From the IMG/VR virus record IMGVR_UViG_3300008261_000014, positions 56,454 through 76,453 of that record: 20,000 bases of DNA. The stretch is one strand, 5' to 3'. The DNA comes from an uncultured virus (IMG/VR IMGVR_UViG_3300008261_000014). Lineage: Duplodnaviria > Heunggongvirae > Uroviricota > Caudoviricetes. The translations under genes were made by a program, and so were the position numbers. Each line of letters begins with the position of its first letter. The stretch's first letter is position 1. Of the stretch, positions 9,075 through 16,753 are shown piece after piece. The notes beneath the pieces were generated by a model, which was not told where the DNA came from, made no database searches, and saw only the letters and a list, made by a program, of their open reading frames with translations.

Positions 9075-10213
9075 TGGATCGTAATTTAAAAACTATCTTT
9101 GTTTCGGTTCCTACAATGGAAGACTACGATTATGCTGCAACAATAAAACATTTATTTAAAAATGCAAAGTATCCAGAAAGGGTTTACGTTGGTAGCCCTA
9201 TATATCTTTCTGACTTAGATCAGTTAACAGACCCAGAATATAAAAAGTTTTGGGTTTTAGATTTTGATCCACCAGAGGGAAATTACAAATCAGGATTTTT
9301 TAAACACGCAGACTTCTTTGGTGTAGGAAGAGGTAGGCTAAACGCATTACAATATTACAACAACGAGGATTACTTCTTTCAAATTGATTCCCACATGAGA
9401 TTTAGAAAAGATTGGGATGTAGATATAATCAATGAGTTTGAAGACTGTAAGACATATTTTGGAGAGCGTGTCTTGCTAGGAAACTATGCTCCTGGATTTG
9501 ATGTTGAAACAGGAGAAGATGGCGATGAAGTCTTTACTACAAGGAATGAAAACAAATATGCTTTTTGGCTTTATGACGATAGAAGAAGCCCACACTTTCC
9601 AGTAGGATGGGATCATACAATATATCCAGGTGAACAAAGACACCATTCTCATGGCTGGATAGAAAACAGGTGGCTTCCAGCAATTAAAATTTGTGCACAC
9701 AATATGTTTACTGATGGGCCTATCTGGGTAAACAGTTATCGTACATGCTTAAATGAAGACTTAATATTTTGGGGAGAAGAACTATATCAATCAGCCCTTG
9801 CGTATATGAGGGGGTATGAGTTTTGTCATAGTTCAACCCCATATGTATATCATAGATACGCTGGAACTGTTACGTTTGTAGAAGAAAAAGACTTAGGAGA
9901 CTTGTCTTTTAGGACTGAAGATCCTTCTATTATCAATGATGCTGGTGGTAGAGATTACTTTACAGAGACCAAAAAATACCCTTATAAGCGTTGGTACTCA
10001 TATAAAGAAAGATTAGCAATGGAGTCAGAAAGAATAAACTCATTGATTACTGCAAGTAATGACGAATTTGGATACCTTCCAAGAACATTTAAAGGATATT
10101 TAAAGTATGCAGGCATAGATCTTGAACAAAGAAAGACAAAGAAGGCAAAGCACCTGCCAATAGTAAACCCTGTTTTTAAGAAGAAGGAGAACAAAGATGA
10201 AGCAAAGAATTAG
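9074..10213 (+). CDS. Skp1-hydroxyproline GlcNAc-transferase-like (Gnt1-type) glycosyltransferase
   Basis: TIFVSV, TI-x-x-LF-x-NAKYPERVYVG, G-x-G-x-G-R, QIDSHMRF-x-x-DWD, FWGEE, YH; start set at ATG 9074 overlapping the upstream TAA. Confidence 0.85.
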   Translation: MDRNLKTIFVSVPTMEDYDYAATIKHLFKNAKYPERVYVGSPIYLSDLDQLTDPEYKKFWVLDFDPPEGNYKSGFFKHADFFGVGRGRLNALQYYNNEDYFFQIDSHMRFRKDWDVDIINEFEDCKTYFGERVLLGNYAPGFDVETGEDGDEVFTTRNENKYAFWLYDDRRSPHFPVGWDHTIYPGEQRHHSHGWIENRWLPAIKICAHNMFTDGPIWVNSYRTCLNEDLIFWGEELYQSALAYMRGYEFCHSSTPYVYHRYAGTVTFVEEKDLGDLSFRTEDPSIINDAGGRDYFTETKKYPYKRWYSYKERLAMESERINSLITASNDEFGYLPRTFKGYLKYAGIDLEQRKTKKAKHLPIVNPVFKKKENKDEAKN

Positions 10214-10358
10214 AAACTTTTACGTAAAATGGACGGTATGTAGTAAGATAGGTCATCACCCTTACGAAGCACATTGCCCTTATACTGGTAACACATACGA
10301 AGATTGTACAAGATGTTGGACAAGATTACGTATCTATAAGACAGAAGGGAGTAAGTAA
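10197..10358 (+). CDS. Small Cys/His-rich protein (53 aa)
   Basis: Translated by hand: MKQRIRNFYVKWTVCSKIGHHPYEAHCPYTGNTYEDCTRC...; AGGAG upstream. Confidence 0.65.
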   Translation: MKQRIRNFYVKWTVCSKIGHHPYEAHCPYTGNTYEDCTRCWTRLRIYKTEGSK

Positions 10359-10450
10359 TGTTACACGCACTATGGCTGATCCCTGCATTTATTGCAGGCT
10401 GGACAGTATGTTATATTCAAATGACATACGGCGTAGACCAGGGAGAATAA
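10358..10450 (+). CDS. Small single-TM peptide (30 aa)
   Basis: MLHALWLIPAFIAGWTVCYIQMTYGVDQGE; TAATG coupling, GGAG upstream. Confidence 0.55.
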   Translation: MLHALWLIPAFIAGWTVCYIQMTYGVDQGE

Positions 10451-10452
10451 GT

Positions 10453-10644
10453 ATGGATAAAGAACAAATACTTGAGAGACTCATCAATAGGTATTTAAGA
10501 TGTGAAAACGTATCAGAGCATAATGGTTTACTGTTTTGTTTAGTATGGTGGAAGCACGATGAGTGTTTAATGTTAGAAGAATTATTAAGAGAGATCACAG
10601 GAGATCCTAAGTATGATCACCCAAGGCAGTGGGCAGATGAATAA
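10453..10644 (+). CDS. Hypothetical protein
   Basis: Start reassigned to ATG 10453 (GGAG upstream): MDKEQILERL... Confidence 0.65.
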   Translation: MDKEQILERLINRYLRCENVSEHNGLLFCLVWWKHDECLMLEELLREITGDPKYDHPRQWADE

Positions 10645-10735
10645 GACAGAGATTTGTATGAAATGTTCTACAATGGTAGAAGAGTTAAATGGACGTGGAG
10701 TGTGCTACTCTTGTAATGACTGGGGTGGTGTATAA
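10637..10735 (+). CDS. Small CxxC...CxxC peptide (32 aa)
   Basis: MNKTEICMKCSTMVEELNGRGVCYSCNDWGGV. Confidence 0.5.
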   Translation: MNKTEICMKCSTMVEELNGRGVCYSCNDWGGV

Positions 10736-10742
10736 TACTATT

Positions 10743-11030
10743 ATGGCCTTTGTATCAGAAATCAGAACAAGAAACTTATCATTAAACAGTACTCCACAGG
10801 AGTTAACTGTATACGACTCTGAAGCAAATAGAAAGAACTCACTTTCTGTACAGAATACACATCCCACTGCTATGGTTTACATTGGCACTTCAAGCGTCAG
10901 TTCTACTAACTTTGGACACAAACTATTCCCTAAGCAATCATTCTCAATTGATCTTAATCCTTTGGACAGGATGTATGCAGTTGGTGAGACTGGGGCTACA
11001 GTAGCAGTCTTTATTCAGGAGCAGATTTGA
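10743..11030 (+). CDS. Hypothetical beta-rich protein, probably leaderless
   Basis: TATAAT (10731-10736) lies 6 nt before ATG 10743. Confidence 0.65.
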   Translation: MAFVSEIRTRNLSLNSTPQELTVYDSEANRKNSLSVQNTHPTAMVYIGTSSVSSTNFGHKLFPKQSFSIDLNPLDRMYAVGETGATVAVFIQEQI

Positions 11031-11467
11031 TTCACATTACTGACGTATCAGACGTCTCAGCAGAGTTAGCATTTCCTCTTGGAGTCCAGGGTGGTACCAC
11101 TGAGACACAGCCAACATTCACTGGAGCACCACTATTTACTGGATCTTACATTAGCCTAGGAGACTTAATCCATTTTAGAATTAACGTAGACTTTGATAAT
11201 ATCCTTACCTTTGGTACTGGACAGTATTACCTCAACCTACCTTTTGCAGCAGCCTATGATTACCAGTTTAGAAGTGGTGGAGTTTATGATGCTTCCACAC
11301 AAAGAAACTACTCTATTGGAGGTCACGTAACTGCAGGTAGTATACAAATGTTATTAAACTTTACTGACTCACAAGGTAGAGATACAGCATTTACACATAA
11401 CACGCCATTTGCACTGGCAGTAGAAGACGACTTCCACATTAGTGGAACTTACATAAGGGAGCACTAA
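11027..11467 (+). CDS. Tail-fibre/receptor-binding-like beta domain protein
   Basis: G-S-Y-x-x-x-G-x-L-x-H...GTGQY-x-x-x-LPF...ISGTY pattern typical of phage fibre tip domains. Confidence 0.55.
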   Translation: MIHITDVSDVSAELAFPLGVQGGTTETQPTFTGAPLFTGSYISLGDLIHFRINVDFDNILTFGTGQYYLNLPFAAAYDYQFRSGGVYDASTQRNYSIGGHVTAGSIQMLLNFTDSQGRDTAFTHNTPFALAVEDDFHISGTYIREH

Positions 11468-11611
11468 ATGGGAAAGCATCACAATAAGATCGCAAAATCA
11501 CTTGAAATTAGGCAGTCTAATGTGCCTAACAAGCCTGGCTACAAGAAGCCTGGATCGATGAATAAGAAGAAGACTGGCTACAATAGAGTAAAGGCTAACC
11601 AGGCTAAGTAA
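11468..11611 (+). CDS. Small basic protein (47 aa)
   Basis: MGKHHNKIAKSLEIRQSNVPNKPGYKKPGSMN...; GGAG upstream. Confidence 0.6.
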   Translation: MGKHHNKIAKSLEIRQSNVPNKPGYKKPGSMNKKKTGYNRVKANQAK

Positions 11612-11665
11612 AGGCTAAGGCTGCGAAGCAGTTCGAAAAATTTTGGGGCGTCGAGATACCAATAA

Positions 11666-11680
11666 GCCCTGAAACAGGGC
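11666..11680 (+). terminator. Short GC hairpin, possible terminator
   Basis: GCCCTG-AAA-CAGGGC between gene end and next promoter; no clear U-tract. Confidence 0.35.
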
Positions 11681-11693
11681 AATCTTCTCACAC

Positions 11694-11722
11694 TTGACGG
11701 GGCTTAGGCTATCTGCTATAAT
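11694..11722 (+). promoter_or_regulatory. Sigma70/HrdB-type promoter
   Basis: TTGACG-17 nt-TATAAT with extended TGn. Confidence 0.85.
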
Positions 11723-11749
11723 TGTACCTTAACTAGAGAAAAGGTATAT

Positions 11750-11854
11750 ATGGCTAGGCTAGTGATATGTCCAGACTGTAAACGAGAGATAGAGGTAAGG
11801 TCTGGGTTTGCCCACTTTACCCTATATAACCATATAAAAAAAGAACATAAATGA
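11750..11854 (+). CDS. Small C2H2 zinc-finger peptide (34 aa)
   Basis: MARLVICPDCKREIEVRSGFAHFTLYNHIKKEHK; directly after promoter and AAGG. Confidence 0.65.
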   Translation: MARLVICPDCKREIEVRSGFAHFTLYNHIKKEHK

Positions 11855-12054
11855 TATACGATATACCAGATCCATTTGAGACCTTTGTGGCTAATAAGTA
11901 TGCCAACTTTAAAGGTATGAGATATGACTTTTTTGCTAAAGAATGGTATCTCAAGACTGCTTGCTGTGGGGAAGAACTATATGCCCCTAACAAGAAGATC
12001 ATGAATAAGATCAGGTTATATCATACTAGAAATGAGTGCTTGGGTGGCTATTAG
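11851..12054 (+). CDS. Hypothetical protein
   Basis: ATGA overlap; CCG...H-x4-C. Confidence 0.7.
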   Translation: MIYDIPDPFETFVANKYANFKGMRYDFFAKEWYLKTACCGEELYAPNKKIMNKIRLYHTRNECLGGY

Positions 12055-12232
12055 TTGTATTGAATGCAATATGATGGATACAGAAGAAGAGTTCTGGGAG
12101 GTTCATCAGCAATTGCCTACTAGGCTATGGTGTGTGAATAAGAAGGTAGAAGAGATGACAAGGATGATTGTGAATAGATATAAATCAGAGGTAAGAGCGA
12201 AGTACGGGAATAGAAAGAGGCATAGACAATGA
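12032..12232 (+). CDS. Hypothetical protein
   Basis: 66 aa, CxxC; start uncertain. Confidence 0.55.
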   Translation: MSAWVAISCIECNMMDTEEEFWEVHQQLPTRLWCVNKKVEEMTRMIVNRYKSEVRAKYGNRKRHRQ

Positions 12233-12519
12233 CGTGGGATTGGGCTTTAGGCATAGTAGGAGTAACAGGTATATTTTTGGTCGGCAGGAAGACTATCTGG
12301 GGATGGCTAGTACTACTACTCAATGAATGCCTATGGATAGCATATGCACTTATTACTGATCAGTATGGATTTATGGCTATGGCTATTGCCTATGGTATTG
12401 TATATATAAAGTCATACTTTGGGTGGCGTAGGGAAGATAGACTCTCTAGATCTATTAAGAGACTACAGAAGGATAAAGTATTCAATATGGACAAGTATGA
12501 GGTATTGACAGAGTTATGA
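12229..12519 (+). CDS. PnuC-like (nicotinamide riboside transporter-like) small membrane protein
   Basis: Three hydrophobic segments, WGW, W-x-x-Y, QYG, Y-x-x-W. Confidence 0.6.
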   Translation: MTWDWALGIVGVTGIFLVGRKTIWGWLVLLLNECLWIAYALITDQYGFMAMAIAYGIVYIKSYFGWRREDRLSRSIKRLQKDKVFNMDKYEVLTEL

Positions 12520-12710
12520 TAACTGACAAGGAATTACTACGTAGGATAGCAGCATATAAAGAAGAAGGACCTACTAACCTAACTTGGCTAGATGACGACG
12601 GCTTATGGAGAGGATGGACTTATAACCCTGATAAGAAGAGATACTACTTTGACGATATAGGGAATGAATCCATTATGGGCTTATGGGAAGATCAATGGGC
12701 AAGAGAATGA
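12516..12710 (+). CDS. Hypothetical protein
   Basis: ATGA overlap, Trp-rich 64 aa. Confidence 0.65.
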   Translation: MITDKELLRRIAAYKEEGPTNLTWLDDDGLWRGWTYNPDKKRYYFDDIGNESIMGLWEDQWARE

Positions 12711-12820
12711 TATATGATATGGACTGGAGAGCACTGGGGTATTGGCCTATATGGAAAGATGGAAAGAAGATATGGGAAAAGGAAGTATGTCTGCCCACGG
12801 TTGCTGATGATGTGGAGTAA
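12707..12820 (+). CDS. Small hypothetical protein (37 aa)
   Basis: MIYDMDWRALGYWPIWKDGKKIWEKEV...; ATGA overlap. Confidence 0.5.
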   Translation: MIYDMDWRALGYWPIWKDGKKIWEKEVCLPTVADDVE

Positions 12821-12837
12821 AGTGGAGTATAGTGGAT
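12812..12837 (+). promoter_or_regulatory. MraZ-operator-like triple direct repeat
   Basis: GTGGAG-TAAA-GTGGAG-TATA-GTGGAT, 10-bp period. Confidence 0.5.
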
Positions 12838-12921
12838 ATTTAAGTAAATAAATACTTATTGTTATGTCTATATGTAGTACTAGTATGGAAGTCTAATACT
12901 ATATATGGGTATTAATGAGAG

Positions 12922-13057
12922 TTATCCACATAATCGTAATACTTTTCCACAGTTCCCCCTATACTTATCCACACTTATATCCTATTTATCCACATTTTAT
13001 ACCTATTTATCCACATATTATTATAAGTTATCCACATATATATGCAAGTTATCCACA
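12922..13057 (+). repeat. Array of seven co-oriented DnaA boxes
   Basis: TTATCCACA at 12922, 12965, 12986, 13007, 13028, 13049 and TTTTCCACA at 12943, in AT-rich non-coding DNA. Confidence 0.9.
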
Positions 13058-13151
13058 TATTATCCCTATATTTCTATATAAAAATATATAAAAAAATACA
13101 CATAAACACTTGACATTTCAGTGATTATGTGTATATTATCGTAATGTTATA

Positions 13152-13328
13152 TTATAAATATCTTAGATATCCAGAGAGAGTATCATAGAATACTCTTGGG
13201 TGTGTATTACATGTATATATCTTATATTGAGGATCAAGGTAATCTTCTACCACCGCCGCCTGCTCGTAGCACCACGGACAAATTCCAGTGATATTTTTCG
13301 GCAGATCGTAATCTATCTTATTTGTCAT
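13152..13328 (-). CDS. Hypothetical protein (CxxC...CxxH)
   Basis: MTNKIDYDLPKNITGICPWC...CNTH; start reassigned to 13328. Confidence 0.5.
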   Translation of the reverse strand: MTNKIDYDLPKNITGICPWCYEQAAVVEDYLDPQYKIYTCNTHPRVFYDTLSGYLRYL

Positions 13329-13485
13329 TCTGAGGGCGGCTAACTGAATATGATCCTCTATTACTATATAGAGTATTACTAAAGGATACTTTGTTATTAG
13401 GATTACGTCCAGGATGTCTATGATTAAAGGCATCTATACTATATGGCTGTTTACCCTGAGATAAAGATTTCTTAACTCTCTTCAT
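13318..13485 (-). CDS. Small basic hypothetical protein
   Basis: AAGGA + ATG 13485 downstream of promoter; MKRVKKSLSQGKQ... Confidence 0.5.
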   Translation of the reverse strand: MKRVKKSLSQGKQPYSIDAFNHRHPGRNPNNKVSFSNTLYSNRGSYSVSRPQNDK

Positions 13486-13519
13486 ATCTTCCTTATAAGA
13501 CCAATATAGCAAAAACCCT

Positions 13520-13548
13520 AGTATAACATATACAATAGCGATTGTCAA
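13520..13548 (-). promoter_or_regulatory. Sigma70-type promoter
   Basis: TTGACA-17 nt-TATACT with TGn. Confidence 0.8.
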
Positions 13549-13644
13549 GAGTATAGGAGTATTAATGAGAAGCCTCCAAAATTCCAGTGATATTTTTCAT
13601 ATGATCGTAATGAGTTATTAAATAACTTCTCTGACCGCCCCCTC

Positions 13645-13965
13645 TTAGGCGTCATCCTCATCTTCAAAAATTGTTTCCATCAAATCATTTACTGATTCGA
13701 TTTTATCTACACCAAGTGCAGCACATAAAGATTTGTAAGTTGTATCGATTGTTTCCCAACCTGATTCAGTCAAACCTTCTTCTTTGATATCTTTTGTTTC
13801 GATACCAAGTGCGTATGGAATTCCTAGATTGTTTTCTAAGATCCAATCTTCCCAAGAGTGTGCTTCTACTTCATTGATGATTGCAAATGCAGATGCAATG
13901 ATTGCAGTCTTTCGCTTTGTAGCCATCCACTCTTTTTGTTTTGCTGTTACTTCTTCTGTTGCCAT
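13645..13965 (-). CDS. Hypothetical protein
   Basis: 106 aa, GAGGAG RBS. Confidence 0.75.
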   Translation of the reverse strand: MATEEVTAKQKEWMATKRKTAIIASAFAIINEVEAHSWEDWILENNLGIPYALGIETKDIKEEGLTESGWETIDTTYKSLCAALGVDKIESVNDLMETIFEDEDDA

Positions 13966-14174
13966 TATTCATACTCCTCTAAGTTGATTGCAGGTTGCTC
14001 GTAGGGACTTGGTTGGAAATTCTTTGTAGCATTATGCCACGCCAGCCAAGATGTTGCTTTATCTTCTATTGTATCACTAAAAAGGATAGCAGTTTGATGA
14101 GCCAGTTCTATCTCATTGACACGGGTGTCAGCGAAGATGTCTGCTAACTTTTGTGCTAGTCTTTTCTCCTTCAT
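13965..14174 (-). CDS. Hypothetical protein
   Basis: 69 aa, AGGAG RBS after promoter. Confidence 0.75.
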   Translation of the reverse strand: MKEKRLAQKLADIFADTRVNEIELAHQTAILFSDTIEDKATSWLAWHNATKNFQPSPYEQPAINLEEYE

Positions 14175-14191
14175 ATACTCTCCTTTTCTCC

Positions 14192-14220
14192 ATTATACCA
14201 AATGGGAGAGTGGCTGTCAA
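14192..14220 (-). promoter_or_regulatory. Consensus sigma70-type promoter
   Basis: TTGACA-17 nt-TATAAT with TGn. Confidence 0.9.
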
Positions 14221-14248
14221 TGTAACACAGCCACCCCCCACTGGTGGC

Positions 14249-14617
14249 CTAGACCCCTACCAAAAGGTCTGGCTCTTCCCCTATCGCATAAGCGTTAATA
14301 AATGCATCCCAGGACACAGATACATTGTCAGTTACAGTCTTGGTAATGAAATCAATGATGACTGTTTGCTCTCCTAGGTCGTAACCGTCTTGGTCAATTG
14401 CATAGATACCAAAACCAGTCTCGTCCATAATAGAATCCTTGATCAAATAACTAATCATCATACGTGTCCCATATGAAGAATCTTGCCAGCGTGGCTTAGA
14501 ATGCTGCAGGGCTGCTGCAATATCCGTCTGCCATTCAGTCTGGCCCCAATGGCTGTATAAGACAACCAATGGACCCTTCTCTGAGTCTTTAAATACAAAG
14601 TTAATACGTGCTCCCAT
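14249..14617 (-). CDS. Conserved phage hypothetical protein
   Basis: MGARINFVF...LYSHWG...RW-x-D-x-x-Y-x-x-R; start reassigned to 14617 (TAATG coupling). Confidence 0.75.
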   Translation of the reverse strand: MGARINFVFKDSEKGPLVVLYSHWGQTEWQTDIAAALQHSKPRWQDSSYGTRMMISYLIKDSIMDETGFGIYAIDQDGYDLGEQTVIIDFITKTVTDNVSVSWDAFINAYAIGEEPDLLVGV

Positions 14618-14799
14618 TATTCTTCTTCTTCCTCGTCGATAGTAGTAATTTCTAACGGATACCAATCAATGGCATATATTTCAACATCCTCATCACGTTC
14701 GATTCTTTCAATCTCTGCGATGGCTTCATCTTCAGTGTCTGCCTCAATCTCAAAATCATAATTGACTTCTCGTGTGGCAGTTATTTTATACATTGGCAT
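14617..14799 (-). CDS. Small acidic protein (EA-x-x-E-x-EA motif)
   Basis: 60 aa, GGAG upstream. Confidence 0.7.
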   Translation of the reverse strand: MPMYKITATREVNYDFEIEADTEDEAIAEIERIERDEDVEIYAIDWYPLEITTIDEEEEE

Positions 14800-15235
14800 T
14801 GGCAGGCTCCAATCCTACTAGGGTTAGTTCTTCAATGGTAGCACATTGTGTGCATTTCTCCAAATCGTGTTCATCAAATGCATCTCTGATTAGATTATCA
14901 GGGTCCTCAAACTCAGCACTACAGTTCTCACAGTAGAACCAATTGTGGCTAACTCTGATTTGGATATCTGTATCAGGTGGGCACGGCACTTCAGTTATAA
15001 AGTATCCTATCCTATTAATGAAATGCCAACCATTCCATACATAGGAACCACCGTCGTCTCCATCCCCATACATCCAGATATGATTCTCAGGCTGTTGTTT
15101 GACGAACTCTACTTCATCACCATAGGTCTCAAACATTGCTCCATCAAAGGAGGCATTTGAATCTAGATGATTAGTAATAGGCTTGTAAGTGTCACACCAC
15201 TCATCGAATTCCATTTCGATAAACTTACTTGACAC
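14786..15235 (-). CDS. Hypothetical protein with C-terminal CxxC...CxxC
   Basis: FETYG, GWHFINRIGY; start probably GTG 15235. Confidence 0.75.
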   Translation of the reverse strand: MSSKFIEMEFDEWCDTYKPITNHLDSNASFDGAMFETYGDEVEFVKQQPENHIWMYGDGDDGGSYVWNGWHFINRIGYFITEVPCPPDTDIQIRVSHNWFYCENCSAEFEDPDNLIRDAFDEHDLEKCTQCATIEELTLVGLEPANANV

Positions 15236-15380
15236 TTTCTGCACCTGCCTTATAGATTTCAACAAGACGCTTTAAGACAGCCTTGGTGGCCTTATCTTCA
15301 CTTGACATTGCTGCCTCAAAGTAAATGATTTGGCTTGCTTGGTCCTCTAGTTCTTCCATTATGTGCTTAGGGATTTTCAT
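15225..15380 (-). CDS. Small hypothetical protein (51 aa)
   Basis: AAGGAG + MKIPKHIMEELEDQASQIIYFE... Confidence 0.7.
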   Translation of the reverse strand: MKIPKHIMEELEDQASQIIYFEAAMSSEDKATKAVLKRLVEIYKAGAESVK

Positions 15381-15390
15381 ATTACTCCTT

Positions 15391-15630
15391 TTATTTGGTA
15401 GGGACGCCTAGTATATCAGCAGCCACTGACAATAAATGGGCAGTAGCAATAATCTGACCGTTGGTAGAGATATCCTCTATCTCTAGAGTTCTGTAGTCAT
15501 CATCCTCATAGTTAGAATAAGAATCCATCTGCTTTTCAAGGTAGGCAGAGTCTTGCTCTAGACTAAGTAGATGTAACTTCATATACTCTACAAGTTGGGT
15601 GGTGCGATCAATGTATGCTGATTCCATCAT
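15391..15630 (-). CDS. Hypothetical protein
   Basis: 79 aa, coupled to the upstream stop. Confidence 0.7.
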   Translation of the reverse strand: MMESAYIDRTTQLVEYMKLHLLSLEQDSAYLEKQMDSYSNYEDDDYRTLEIEDISTNGQIIATAHLLSVAADILGVPTK

Positions 15631-15788
15631 TCACCCCAATACTTGACAATAGTATTCATAGTAGTATGAAGGGAACAATCACAGTCTCCACCGTTCATAT
15701 TTTCCATAAACTCAAAGTGTGAGTAGTTATCCTCGTAGATTTCATTTACGAGTTCATTAATTGTGTAGGGCTTATAGGTAGTGCTCAT
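15627..15788 (-). CDS. Small hypothetical protein (53 aa)
   Basis: MSTTYKPYTINELVNEIYEDNYSH...CDCSLH; fills gap with ATGA overlaps at both ends. Confidence 0.65.
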   Translation of the reverse strand: MSTTYKPYTINELVNEIYEDNYSHFEFMENMNGGDCDCSLHTTMNTIVKYWGE

Positions 15789-16027
15789 TCTTCTACCCAA
15801 CACTGTAACTCAGGCACAAACTTGTTAGTGATAATACCCCATTGGGCATCGTCCCAACTAACTTCATCGTCCATTACCTTAGCAATCTCATCTATGAAGG
15901 TTTGCATAACGGCTTCTGCGTGGTGTGCATTCTTAGCCTTGATATTTGTAATAGAGATAGCAAGGTCGCAAGAATAGTAGTCTGCATACATTTCAGGGTT
16001 TTCTAGGTAGTCTGCATTATTTTCCAT
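15785..16027 (-). CDS. Hypothetical protein
   Basis: 80 aa acidic, GAGGA RBS. Confidence 0.7.
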   Translation of the reverse strand: MENNADYLENPEMYADYYSCDLAISITNIKAKNAHHAEAVMQTFIDEIAKVMDDEVSWDDAQWGIITNKFVPELQCWVEE

Positions 16028-16292
16028 TTATAATGTCCTCTCTCTCAAAGATTAAACTAGTTAATGTGGAATAGATTTGGACATATGCGTCCATACGCCC
16101 TGTGAGTTCTAGTCTTTGAATTGTATCTTCATACTCTTCATCTGACCCAATCTCTTCGCTATTGGCTAGCAAGGGAATTAGTTCTGTTTCTGTCTCATAC
16201 ATAGCATTTTTAAGATAGCCGTGCAATAAGTCGTGGATAGGTATTGACAGGTCTGCTAGGGCTTTATCGTTTACCCCATATACTTTATTCAT
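16017..16292 (-). CDS. Hypothetical protein
   Basis: 91 aa ORF in operon. Confidence 0.7.
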   Translation of the reverse strand: MNKVYGVNDKALADLSIPIHDLLHGYLKNAMYETETELIPLLANSEEIGSDEEYEDTIQRLELTGRMDAYVQIYSTLTSLIFEREDIINGK

Positions 16293-16308
16293 AGGTAGTT
16301 CCGTTCTG

Positions 16309-16494
16309 TTAGAGGATAGTATATTTTACACTATGGGGACCACTCTTGTCAAGTAGGTCAGGGCTGATAAATCTATCAGTTACAAATTCTTTAATGACTT
16401 CGAACGTGAGTTCGTAATCACCTACGTAATCCTTTATTTCAGGGAGTAATTTGTCTACGTCGTAATCAACTGTATAGGTCATTCTCAGTTTCAT
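16309..16494 (-). CDS. Hypothetical protein
   Basis: 61 aa, GAGGA RBS. Confidence 0.65.
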   Translation of the reverse strand: MKLRMTYTVDYDVDKLLPEIKDYVGDYELTFEVIKEFVTDRFISPDLLDKSGPHSVKYTIL

Positions 16495-16640
16495 TATTCA
16501 TCCTCTCCTTCTAGCCAAGCGTGTAAGTGGTGTTGCTCAATTATAGCCCATACAGGGGCAGTCTGTCTATTCTTATACATAACTTGAAAGTCGTTAATTA
16601 ATGGCATTTGGATCTCTTCATCCCATAGTTCTTCTTTAGC
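16494..16640 (-). pseudogene. Apparent 3' remnant of a phage gene
   Basis: AKEELWDEEIQMP...APVWAIIEQHHLHAWLEGEDE*, preceded by an in-frame TAA; stop coupled to the next ATG. Confidence 0.5.
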
Positions 16641-16648
16641 TTAATCAA

Positions 16649-16664
16649 TGTGATCAATATCACA
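16649..16664. promoter_or_regulatory. CRP/GlxR-type box
   Basis: TGTGA-TCAATA-TCACA. Confidence 0.7.
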
Positions 16665-16677
16665 TCGGGCGGTAAAG

Positions 16678-16749
16678 TCCCCTTAGAAGGATTCGAACCT
16701 CCGACCAAACGGGTAGAAACCGTTGACTCTTCCTCTGAGTTATAAGGGG
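16678..16749 (-). tRNA. tRNA-Arg (anticodon UCU), CCA not encoded
   Basis: CCCCTTA/TAAGGGG acceptor, ACTC/GAGT D-stem, AACGG-TTTCTAC-CCGTT anticodon arm, GGAGG-TTCGAAT-CCTTC T arm. Confidence 0.93.
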
Positions 16750-16753
16750 CAAA

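Noticed and set aside
625..12323. Minus-strand ORFs in the left block (e.g. 625-855, 4229-4507, 6871-7230) and the nested ORF 2849-3121
   Set aside because: Shadow frames overlapping well-supported plus-strand genes
12922..13057. CRISPR-like array
   Set aside because: Repeat is only 9 bp with ~12-bp AT-rich spacers, equals the DnaA box, and no cas genes are present
13110..13139. Plus-strand promoter starting with TTGACA
   Set aside because: No good -10 at 17-bp spacing (TATATT at 16, TATTAT at 18) in very AT-rich DNA, and no downstream plus-strand gene
13486..13548. Hydrophobic N-terminal extension MTIAIVYVILGFLLYW of ORF 13318-13548
   Set aside because: Its TTG start is the -35 box of a TTGACA-17-TATACT promoter; a better RBS and ATG lie at 13485
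16710..16720. Amber suppressor tRNA (CTA in the anticodon loop) and stop-codon recoding
   Set aside because: In the 7-nt loop TTTCTAC the central triplet is TCT; genes are intact under the standard code and several end in TAG
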